Sequence record: SRR20825006_316
Length of the DNA stretch: 33,281 nt
Direction: 5' to 3' (one strand)
Shown: piece after piece, positions 20,493-28,567 of the stretch
Position numbering within the stretch: position 1 is the first letter of the stretch
Layout: the number at the start of each line of letters is the position of its first letter
Translations under genes and position numbers: made by a program
The notes under the pieces: generated by a model
Told to the model about the DNA's origin: nothing
What the model saw: the letters and a program-made list of their open reading frames with translations, nothing else
The model's database searches: none

Positions 20493-20643
20493 GCGCGGTA
20501 TGGTTAATCAATTTTAACTATAAGTTGTAAATTAACCACCTTCAGTAACCATTCTTTTACAGGGCAGCCGCTATGCTGTGCCTATAAGAACATAATAATC
20601 ACCAACCACTTCGGGTGGGGCCACCATAAACCGGTGATTGGCG

Positions 20644-20951
20644 TTACCTGGTCCTGATGGCCACCCCACCCGGCTTTTCACTAGCTTGCAAACCCTTCAA
20701 AAGCGGCTTTTGACCCACGGCTGGGAAGCTATATCCGCCGCCCACTGATTTATGTATGGCCCGGGGCAACCACATAGATGAGAACAACCAGGCATAAAAC
20801 AGGTGCTCCGCCAGATAAGCCCCAGCAAGGTCAGCGAGAAAAGCGGCAGGAGCAATAACAGGATACTCAACACGAAGACGAGGCCATTCAGAAGTTTCGC
20901 TATATGGGGTTGGCAATGAACCCAAATATCAGCATGCTCCCATTGCCGCAT
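20644..20951 (-). pseudogene. Small membrane protein, apparently split by a frameshift (candidate immunity protein)
   Basis: One frame gives a TM stretch (GLVFVLSILLLLLPLFSLTLLG). A second frame continues with AYLAEHLFYAWLFSSMW. One extra G in the GGGG run (plus-strand CCCC 20820-20823) would join them. Confidence 0.35.
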
Positions 20952-21018
20952 TTGACCCCGTTTATTCTTCCTCAGCCTGAACCCGATTTATGTCAAAACC
21001 TGGGTAGTATCCGCAATG

Positions 21019-22674
21019 CTAGTTGGGTTTTCTCGCCCCCGCTTTCTCTAATAGGTTTCGCTCAAACGACGTGAAAAAATCAGGCTCCCCATCCACGGAG
21101 GCATTTCTTCCTCGTTGACTAAAATCGGCCCCAGCTTTCTCTAGCGCGACCGCCTTTTCCTCAACCTGCATTTCTATTTGTGCGAGGGCAGCATCCATAT
21201 TTTCAATGAGGATTGGACCGAAGGCATCCGCAATCTTTCCTCCAAGCATATGACCAAAGTAACCACCGAGAAACGCGCCTGCTACATATCCGATCAAGGC
21301 TCCGATTACTGCTCCCGCTTCCCCTCCGAAAAACGCCCCTATCCCGCCACCAATAACAGCACCTACATAACGTCCAACGATACGTAAAATCCTGGCACCG
21401 ATATCCTGCAACAATTCCTTCAGCGCAACCTGCACATAGTCCTGCCATTCAGATCCGCTACCAAGTAACAGTCCAATCTCAACAGCTAAAGTAGCTCTGC
21501 CCAAGCCTTCTGCAGCAGCGCCATACATCTTAAGTGTTGCAGCAATCTCTCGCTGCGTGCGAACGCTGGCAGCGGCAGCGGCGCTAGTGATCTTTGGTAG
21601 TTCTTTCTGAAGCGCTTCGTTCCATATTCTGGCGCGCCTCCTACGCCCCCGCTTTCGGCTTTCTGCCGGGTTTGCTATCCCCTCATCTTCAAGGCTTGCC
21701 TCCAGGTCTTTGATAACAGACCGCATATTTTCATCGAACTGTTCGAGCGTGTCCCTAGCTGAGGTCATAAAGCCGTTGCGGGCAGACATAATCACCCGAC
21801 GGTCCCTGCCCAACGTCTGTACGCCCACAAAGTAGAGACGCTCTATCGCTGTATTAACGGTAAAGCGTCGCCCCTGAAGGTCGCGCGAGAGTTCAGCTGC
21901 AAATGCCTTAACGGCCTTTTCACGCCCCAGAAAAACGTCTTCAATCTCAGATGCGGCATCACCTACAGCGCCAAAAGACGCAGCCACTGCATCGGCTGCA
22001 TTATTGGCCTTCTCAAGATCAACGAGAAATTCCATAGCAAATTGTTCAAAAGCCGAACGGGAGGGTTTCTGTAGCGCCGAAAATATGTTGGGCTCGCTTT
22101 TCTCGATGAGCCTCAAAAGGTCAGCCACCGCACGACTATCGGGCCTAATTAATGCTGTTCCAACTCTCGTCAGTGAGCGCCCGAACAAGTCCTGCTCATA
22201 AGCGCCCAATATCTTGATAGAGGCCGAGAAATTTGGTTTGAATGATTGTAGCCCAAAAATTTTCAAGAACCGGTTGCTGGGAGGTTGTGGTTTCGAACCA
22301 CCAAATGAAATAATGGGTGGGGAAAACTCTTTTTCTCTCAATTTATTCCAGCGCAGCTTGAAAAAAAGCGTGGCAACACCGGCGGACAATTCCGCTTCGG
22401 AAGCAATTGCTCCCTTAACCGCTTGCGCATCTATAACAGCTGCTATTCGCCGCCCGGAGGCGATAGAGAAATCCTTTAATTCAATCAATATACCCTGTTG
22501 ACCGGCCAGTTTCACAATAGCTAATAAAGCACGCTCTTCTCTCTCAAAGAGAAGTGTCTTGCCTTTTAGGCGACTAATCTCCCTAGCGCTGTGGCGAATA
22601 GACTGCGAAAGACTGGAGACAGGTATTGGCGTGCTTGTCCAAGGGACATTTACCATTCTCACCGCAGCACTCAC
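21019..22674 (-). CDS. Large helical hypothetical protein with C-terminal glycine-zipper hydrophobic hairpin (pore-forming-toxin-like)
   Basis: About 551 aa from the GTG at 22674, preceded by GGAGGGA. C-terminal VGAVIGGGIGAFFGGEAGAVIGALIGYVAGAFLGGYFG. Confidence 0.7.
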   Translation of the reverse strand: MSAAVRMVNVPWTSTPIPVSSLSQSIRHSAREISRLKGKTLLFEREERALLAIVKLAGQQGILIELKDFSIASGRRIAAVIDAQAVKGAIASEAELSAGVATLFFKLRWNKLREKEFSPPIISFGGSKPQPPSNRFLKIFGLQSFKPNFSASIKILGAYEQDLFGRSLTRVGTALIRPDSRAVADLLRLIEKSEPNIFSALQKPSRSAFEQFAMEFLVDLEKANNAADAVAASFGAVGDAASEIEDVFLGREKAVKAFAAELSRDLQGRRFTVNTAIERLYFVGVQTLGRDRRVIMSARNGFMTSARDTLEQFDENMRSVIKDLEASLEDEGIANPAESRKRGRRRRARIWNEALQKELPKITSAAAAASVRTQREIAATLKMYGAAAEGLGRATLAVEIGLLLGSGSEWQDYVQVALKELLQDIGARILRIVGRYVGAVIGGGIGAFFGGEAGAVIGALIGYVAGAFLGGYFGHMLGGKIADAFGPILIENMDAALAQIEMQVEEKAVALEKAGADFSQRGRNASVDGEPDFFTSFERNLLEKAGARKPN

Positions 22675-22892
22675 TTGGTCTCCCTCCATTTTTCGCGGCT
22701 AACACCCTTCAGTTTTTCAACCGTACGCAGGCCGCCAAGCCCGAGCATGGACAGAAGCACGGTCATCAGGGTTTCTGTGCCTGCAAGCTGCGGCGGGGCG
22801 GGAATGTGCGGGAAGAAGGCAAGCCGGGCCCAGTTAAACACATCATGGCCGATGAAATGCCAGCCCAGCGCGATGCCACAAACCCAGCCCAC
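22671..22892 (-). pseudogene. 3' half of a 3TM holin (GTA_holin_3TM-like), N-terminally truncated
   Basis: GWVCGIALGWHF...LMTVLLSMLGLGGLRTVEKLKGV matches the conserved holin C-terminus as I recall it. The expected preceding 'GWRP' and N-terminal half are absent, and the upstream lipoprotein stop lies about 25 bp away. Confidence 0.7.
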
Positions 22893-22917
22893 AAGCTTTA
22901 ATTTACGTTTTTCGTAA

Positions 22918-23730
22918 TTATTTTTCAGGATAGTCTTTTTCCATTATTTCTATAACCGCAGCCATCAACTCGTGGCGCTCTTTACCCGCAAAGGACCCAT
23001 CGGTCAGAATGTACGGCAAACCAATCTGGTATTTCGAATTCATAATGAAACTTTTGGTGTATCTGTTTTGCCCGACAAAATTCTCCGCAGGCATTGTCGC
23101 GGCAGAGCTGTAGCCAAGGTGATAATAGTGCCCACGATTGATGCAGGAAACTGCGGCTTTCTGCTCTTCCCGAGAAGCCTCGTCCCGCATGTCAAAAGCA
23201 ACCAATACCAATGTTTTCTGGATTTTATAGCCGTCTGTCAGACGTAGCAGGGCACAGCGATCATTGTCTGAAAAGACAGCCTGCTGCAGTGCGGATGCGA
23301 AGGAGCTTTCCCCTAAAAAGGGAACAAGGATGTCGCGGTGCTCGCTCAATTTTTCCGCGTTGATATCATCAAGACCAAGGAGAAGCAGTTCAGCTTCAGC
23401 TGGGGCTCGAATGTCTACGAAAAAACGAGTAGAGAAAAACTGTCTGAGCCGGAATTTCACCGGATTAAATAGTGGCCGATCATCGCTGACCGTACCCATA
23501 TATTTTCTTGGTATTATGTTAATCAAGTTCGCACGGTCCACAATGCTGTAATACCGACTTGATGCACTCGGGAATGCCATCTCGTCAAACAACCGTGCTC
23601 TATGCACTCCCTCTTCCGGCAAACTGGAGCTGGCGAGCATGTCTTCGATCGCTTTATCGCTGTTTCTGTCCTCCACCGCACCGCAGGCGGCGGTTAGCAC
23701 CAGTACCAACGGAAGGAGGAAGGCGCGCAT
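22918..23730 (-). CDS. Hypothetical lipoprotein (weak DUF2927-like resemblance)
   Basis: Signal peptide and lipobox MRAFLLPLVLVLTAAC. C..(x)n..SCINRGHYYHLGY segment. AT-richer codon usage. Confidence 0.7.
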   Translation of the reverse strand: MRAFLLPLVLVLTAACGAVEDRNSDKAIEDMLASSSLPEEGVHRARLFDEMAFPSASSRYYSIVDRANLINIIPRKYMGTVSDDRPLFNPVKFRLRQFFSTRFFVDIRAPAEAELLLLGLDDINAEKLSEHRDILVPFLGESSFASALQQAVFSDNDRCALLRLTDGYKIQKTLVLVAFDMRDEASREEQKAAVSCINRGHYYHLGYSSAATMPAENFVGQNRYTKSFIMNSKYQIGLPYILTDGSFAGKERHELMAAVIEIMEKDYPEK

Positions 23731-23846
23731 TATGCCGCGCGCTACGTAGTTATCTGAAAAGGTCATACCTGAGCCGTGTTCTGTTTTTCCTCTACCAACG
23801 GTAGATAGAAATCGCGCTTACTACAAGAAGTACGATCAGAACGCCC

Positions 23847-24779
23847 CTAGTTTCCGCCGCGCCGGGTTTTTGCCTCACTGTCGCGGGGGTCGGGGTGGGC
23901 ATCGTGGCGGGCCATGATGGTGTCAAAATCCGTGCGGGCGTCATCGTCCAGCCACTCCCGGTAGAAGCGCCGGTGGGCAAGCCGCACGTCCGCCGCAATT
24001 TTGTTCACACTTTCGACCACGGCCGCACCGAAGGCGGATTTGTTGCAGCCCACATAGTTCTGCAGGAACTCGGGCTCCCCCGCGATGGGCAATGTGAAAT
24101 AGCTGTCGGCTTCATCCAGCTGCCGGAAGCGGTAGGCGGCTTCAAACGCAAAGGCAAAACCATAAGAGATGCGCCCGCGGGCGATCAGGGCACCCAGGCG
24201 GGGGTCCACCAGCTCCACCTTGCCCTCTGCGCGGGATTTGTCAGCCAGCAACCTGTTGATATTGCTGCTGTAAAACCGCCCGCTATCAACCCCGTAGAGG
24301 AATTTACCCGATGCCAGCAGGCGCGGCAGGTCAATCTCCTCCGCGTTTGTCAGGTAGGGGTCAAATATGTCCCGGTTGCTTTTGAGGGCAATGACCCGGT
24401 TGGGTAGCACTTCAATCAGCGGCTCGGAAAAAGTGGCGTATTCCTCGCGCTCCGGCGTTTTGAAAAGCCCAAGATGGCAAGCGTTTTCGCGGGTGCGAAC
24501 CTCGTTATGAATGCGGGTGGCGGAGGTCAGTACCTTCAGGTGGTCATAATCCGGCAGGCGTGCATGCATATAGGAAATGGCCTTGTCCGCGAAGCCCTGG
24601 CCCGCATCTTCGCCCGTGATGATATGGATGGGCGGGAAGTTCTGGTAATACCAGCGAATGACCGGGCGCTCGGCTTCCTCGTCGGCGCGCGCTGTGAAGG
24701 CCGGGCCTATAATAAGCGGCGCCAGAAGCAGTGTTAAAAGAAGGAAGCGGGCACGGTGCAACATGGAATTCAGGCTCAT
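23847..24779 (-). CDS. Periplasmic solute-binding protein, TIGR02285-like (family 3 fold)
   Basis: Signal peptide ..FTARA, W.YQNFPPIHI.TG...GQG..D, KTPERE..A.FS, YVGCNKS..G. Confidence 0.8.
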   Translation of the reverse strand: MSLNSMLHRARFLLLTLLLAPLIIGPAFTARADEEAERPVIRWYYQNFPPIHIITGEDAGQGFADKAISYMHARLPDYDHLKVLTSATRIHNEVRTRENACHLGLFKTPEREEYATFSEPLIEVLPNRVIALKSNRDIFDPYLTNAEEIDLPRLLASGKFLYGVDSGRFYSSNINRLLADKSRAEGKVELVDPRLGALIARGRISYGFAFAFEAAYRFRQLDEADSYFTLPIAGEPEFLQNYVGCNKSAFGAAVVESVNKIAADVRLAHRRFYREWLDDDARTDFDTIMARHDAHPDPRDSEAKTRRGGN

Positions 24780-25038
24780 GGTGTTATCTGTTAGTGGGTC
24801 CGGAGCCAGCGTGTCAAACACCCAAAGCCCTCGCTGTTTTGCTATGCTTTACCACGGTGGCCGCGTGCTGCCTATGCTTGATCACCGGTCCGGGTATTAT
24901 ATGTTTTCATCTATAGCGCCCACGAAAAACAGACGGTTTTTCAGGCATATCTGGTGATAGAAACCTGTTGAAGTGAGAAAAAGCAAAAGCTTTTCTACGC
25001 ATCCTTGCACTGAAACACCCACTGGCTGAGTGATCAGC

Positions 25039-25100
25039 AAAAGAAAAGCCCGCCTCCGGAAATTAATCCGAGAGACGGGCCTATTCGGTCACTATGGCTA
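25039..25100 (-). ncRNA. Candidate ~60-nt sRNA ending in a strong intrinsic terminator
   Basis: Minus strand: TTGCTT (25134-25129), N17, CACCAT (25111-25106), then hairpin GCCCGTCTC-T-CGGA-TTAATT-TCCG-GAGGCGGGC and TTTTCTTTT. Confidence 0.45.
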
Positions 25101-25306
25101 AACCCATGGTGCAATACGGGCGGGCTTGAAGCAAGTCTTTTTTTATTAATTTTTATGAGTTTTCCCTAAGTTGATGCAATAGCTGATCTTACGGAAACAG
25201 GCGGCAATCGCAGCGCTACCAAGGCGGTAAATGCGGTGTCTGTTTTACCTGAAAAAAATACCCTTATCTCTCACGATGTTAGCGGGCTTAAAGCAACGCC
25301 TGCCCG

Positions 25307-25894
25307 CTACCGGTTATGGTTGAAATGCTCGAGCGTGCAGGCAGGTAGGCCGAAGCCTAGGTCAACAAACGCGGCTTCCCGTATGGTGGGCGGTATTCTC
25401 TCCTCACGGTAAGGGCGGGCGCTGTTTTTGCGTTTCTCACTCGCTTCCATGCTTTCTGCCGTGTTGGCCTCGATGTAGCCAACACCCAAGATATAACGCA
25501 CCTCGCCCGAGGCATCCGCAAGCGGCGCACCAAGCGTGTGAAGGTCATATATGCGGCCGCCATCGCCGGTTACCCGGCGCTTCACCCGTGCGGCACAAGG
25601 GTGCTGGCGATAGGCCTGCAGAAAAGCTTCAAAGTGGTCCCATTCGTCCTCATGCAGCCGGTCAAACAGGTTTTCGCCCGATACACGAAAGCTGGGCCGG
25701 GCTTCGATATCTGTGCCCAGCAGGCGGACCTCAAGCTTATACCTGGCTATATGCTCAGCCACAAAAAGGTTAGGCACCAACGCGGGTGCGAGTGTGGGGC
25801 TGAAACATGCCTTCGCTGGCACGTTGCCAACACTTTTGGGCAACGTCTTCCACAGCGCGATAAAATCTTGGAACATACGGCCCCCCGCGTCCAT
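25307..25894 (-). CDS. Stand-alone PAS_5-type domain protein (paralog 2)
   Basis: W..VPAKACFSP, VRLLGTDIE, HPCAA, LGAPLAD..G.VRYILG, FVDLGFGLP. Confidence 0.8.
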   Translation of the reverse strand: MDAGGRMFQDFIALWKTLPKSVGNVPAKACFSPTLAPALVPNLFVAEHIARYKLEVRLLGTDIEARPSFRVSGENLFDRLHEDEWDHFEAFLQAYRQHPCAARVKRRVTGDGGRIYDLHTLGAPLADASGEVRYILGVGYIEANTAESMEASEKRKNSARPYREERIPPTIREAAFVDLGFGLPACTLEHFNHNR

Positions 25895-26094
25895 ATAGCT
25901 CTCCGCCCGACCCCCATTTGCCGGTTGGCGCGAAGGGAGCTTAGCAGATCACCCGTAGAAGAAGAAGCACAACCATGCGCAGCCTTAAATGGCAGTTTTT
26001 AGCGGTTTTCTCGCGGGAGCTGTAGAAAAATGGGCTTTTAACCGCTTGTGGTTTTATGTATAGTTCGCCCCTAGGGGCAAAACGGGAGCATGTT

Positions 26095-26214
26095 ATGAGG
26101 AAGAACTGCGCGAATGCGCAGCCCCGGCACGGTGCACTGTGCCTGTTGGGGACGTTCGCATTCTTTGGCATCATCGGCGCTGCTTTTTACTGGAGCATTA
26201 CCGCAACGATGTAA
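26095..26214 (+). CDS. Small (39 aa) single-pass membrane protein
   Basis: Manual translation MRKNCANAQPRHGALCLLGTFAFFGIIGAAFYWSITATM*. GGGAG SD at 26084-26088 and TATAGT -10-like element upstream. Below the ORF-track cutoff. Confidence 0.6.
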   Translation: MRKNCANAQPRHGALCLLGTFAFFGIIGAAFYWSITATM

Positions 26215-26254
26215 CGGATTGAGATCGGGGCAGATCAAAATCCAGATATGAATT

Positions 26255-26508
26255 CAGGGTCATATACCCTGCCACTCTTGGGCTACGGCCCTTGAGGAAA
26301 CCGCGACCGGCAAGCCAGGCACCCCCTTTGTGCCCGTGTGAACCGGAAGCAACCAAGAGAGGGAACCTGGGGCAAACAACCCAACAGGGGTTATCTCGCC
26401 GCTGAGACAGGTTCCACCCACGAGCCACCGGCACACATGCCAAAAGGCTCAGCAGGGATGTCGGGGCTGCCATGAAAGTCATGGACGGGGAAGCCCGGCA
26501 CCACCTGC
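26255..26508 (+). ncRNA. Putative large structured RNA of unknown family
   Basis: About 11 nested or adjacent helices in 255 nt, including a C(UACG)G tetraloop and multi-way junctions. A G-U pair favours the + strand. No credible ORF. Confidence 0.5.
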
Positions 26509-26570
26509 GATCCTCAGACCATTGTTCAATTCAATGCACTTCCCATGTTTTTTGAAGAGATGGTCATGTC

Positions 26571-26990
26571 ATGCCGCAATATCGCCAAATCACATCCAGC
26601 ATGTCCCAACTTGGGGTTTTGATCTTCGACTGGATCGCTGCCGGAGCAATCGGGTTCAGCTCGATTTTCATGCTTGACCTTTTCGTACCCTCCCCTCTTG
26701 AAAATGACGTTCCCGATCGGGCGGGTGGTATGATCACTATACTAGCGCTTCACGTCTATTTCGTCTCAACGATGCCTTTTCTCAACGGCCGAACATTGGG
26801 CATGTTACTTTTCAAGAAACGGGTTGTTTGGCGGGAACGTGAAATGCCAATCCTTTTGACGACTGCGCGTGCTTGTATTTATATCATCATCTCATTGGTG
26901 ACAGTATACCCAATATTGCGAAACCTACTCGCTGGCAAAAAAGGCCCCTATGATTCAGCATTTCAGGTCTTTATGGTCGACGAGAACTAA
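26571..26990 (+). CDS. RDD-family membrane protein
   Basis: IFDW, GRTLGMLLFKKRVV, AR and PYD motif pattern with three TM segments. Confidence 0.75.
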   Translation: MPQYRQITSSMSQLGVLIFDWIAAGAIGFSSIFMLDLFVPSPLENDVPDRAGGMITILALHVYFVSTMPFLNGRTLGMLLFKKRVVWREREMPILLTTARACIYIIISLVTVYPILRNLLAGKKGPYDSAFQVFMVDEN

Positions 26991-26991
26991 C

Positions 26992-27375
26992 ATGGAATTT
27001 GAGCCGTTCTACGCAAATCAACGGTCTACTTCTGAACCGTTTCTCGCCGAGAAATTGACAACCATGCCAATTTCAAAACCTTCGATCAAAACACGTGTAA
27101 TTGAGCAGTTCACAAAGCAATTCATAAGATGTGATGCAAAAACCCTACTCAATTTTGTTTGCATATATGTCGAAAACGAACTGTTAGACATACAGGCAGA
27201 CCCAACCCTTCCTTCAGGAGATGTCGTCATCCATGTGCTCAATGAGAGCGTACTTACAGTTGACGTTCGCTTATATTCACCCGGTGAGCCAGGAAGCATC
27301 ATGTATGGCCATTCTATCCGCCGTTTGAGCCAACACGAGTTTCTGATCAACACATACGGATGCCTGCATTTCTGA
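26992..27375 (+). CDS. Hypothetical protein (127 aa)
   Basis: ATG immediately after the RDD stop (TAAC ATG), operon-like, AT-richer. Confidence 0.55.
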   Translation: MEFEPFYANQRSTSEPFLAEKLTTMPISKPSIKTRVIEQFTKQFIRCDAKTLLNFVCIYVENELLDIQADPTLPSGDVVIHVLNESVLTVDVRLYSPGEPGSIMYGHSIRRLSQHEFLINTYGCLHF

Positions 27376-27582
27376 GGTCTCAACATCCTGTCGCGCATTC
27401 TGCACCATATTCGATCATCCAGTTTGCATGCCTGATCCTGCACATGCGGTATTTTGCGCTGGACGAAGCCGTGCGTGCGGGCGCACAATAAGGTTCAGGA
27501 TACCAGTGCAATAAAGCGGCACAAGACCGCCAGCGCCCTCATATATGGCCCTTCACACGACAATGACGACGGACCCAAAACC

Positions 27583-28524
27583 ATGCTTGATGCTGCACGC
27601 CCGGATTTTGAAACCAAAAACCGCCTGACGGAACTGATTAAAACCCATGCGCTTGAGCCGGGCCGTACAGCCTCCCCGCTTGACCGAGTGGATTTTTACC
27701 GCGCGGATGAACCAACCGAGTGCAGGCCGGTTGTGTACCAGCCCAGCATCATCATTGTGGCGCAGGGGTCCAAATGCGGGCTGCTGGGTGAAAACCGCTA
27801 TCAGTATGACGCGTATAATTACCTTGTGCTTTCCGTACCGCTGCCCTTGGTGGCGCAGGTTGAGGAAGCAAGCCCGGAGAACCCTTTCCTTTCCATGTGC
27901 ATATCGGTGGACCCTGTCACCCTTGGTGATCTGCTCATTGATCTGGAGGAAGACAGTGCCCGGTGTGAAGACGGTATTTACGCGGAAAACCCTTCAGGTA
28001 TTGAGCAAGCGATCCACGCCGCGCCGCTTACGGACCATATCGCCAGCGCCGCCGTGCGGCTGATTGAGGCCATGGACCATGAAACCGACCGCAAGGTGCT
28101 CGCGAACCAGATCCTGCGGGAGATTATCTACCGCGTGCTGGTGGGCGAGCGCGGCGCGTGCCTGCGTGCGGCCGCCCGCCGGGGCGGCAAGTTCCATCAG
28201 CTGGCGGAAGTTTTGCGCACCATCCACACCCGCTATAATGAAGCTTTCTCGATCGATGATATGGCGTCTATCGCTGGCATGAGCGCCACGGCCTTTCATG
28301 CCAACTTCAAGGCAGTGACAAGCATGACACCCCTTCAGTATCTGAAGAATATTCGCCTGCACCAGGCGCGCGGCATGATGATACGGGACGGCATGAATGC
28401 CTCCACCGCCGCCTTCCGGGTTGGCTACGCAAGCCCCTTCCAGTTCAGCCGGGAATATAAACGCCTGTTTGGCGCACCACCCAGCCGGGAAGTGCGCGAC
28501 GCAGCGCTTGAATATTCACTGTAA
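27583..28524 (+). CDS. AraC-family transcriptional regulator with AraC_N domain (YqhC-like)
   Basis: YQPSIIIVAQGSK, REIIYRVL, MS..AFH..FK.VT.MTPLQYLK..RL, VGYASPFQFSREYKRLFG.PP. Confidence 0.93.
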   Translation: MLDAARPDFETKNRLTELIKTHALEPGRTASPLDRVDFYRADEPTECRPVVYQPSIIIVAQGSKCGLLGENRYQYDAYNYLVLSVPLPLVAQVEEASPENPFLSMCISVDPVTLGDLLIDLEEDSARCEDGIYAENPSGIEQAIHAAPLTDHIASAAVRLIEAMDHETDRKVLANQILREIIYRVLVGERGACLRAAARRGGKFHQLAEVLRTIHTRYNEAFSIDDMASIAGMSATAFHANFKAVTSMTPLQYLKNIRLHQARGMMIRDGMNASTAAFRVGYASPFQFSREYKRLFGAPPSREVRDAALEYSL

Positions 28525-28567
28525 AAGGATGCGAAAGAATGACGCCCAAGAATGATGCTCGGGCCGG

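Noticed and set aside
20644-23846. Intact prophage or GTA
   Set aside because: Only a holin fragment. No integrase, terminase, capsid, tail or endolysin genes, and no att-like direct repeats found by eye.
23792-23998. 68-aa ORF ending in hydrophobic GVLIVLLVVSAISIYRW
   Set aside because: Mostly overlaps the TIGR02285-like gene out of frame. The tail may be a gene remnant at the island edge but cannot be supported.
26198-26482. 94-aa minus-strand ORF across the structured region
   Set aside because: No recognisable SD, atypical composition and no motif. The helix density is better explained by RNA structure.
26360-26503. Assignment of the structured region to TPP or c-di-GMP riboswitch, RNase P, or tRNA/tmRNA (CTGAGA, GGGCAAAC, GAGGAAA, ...GGCACCA)
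   Set aside because: Only isolated short words match. The required companion motifs (e.g. GAACCTGAT, GACGCAAAG, GAGGAAAGTCC, T-loop GTTCGA) are absent.
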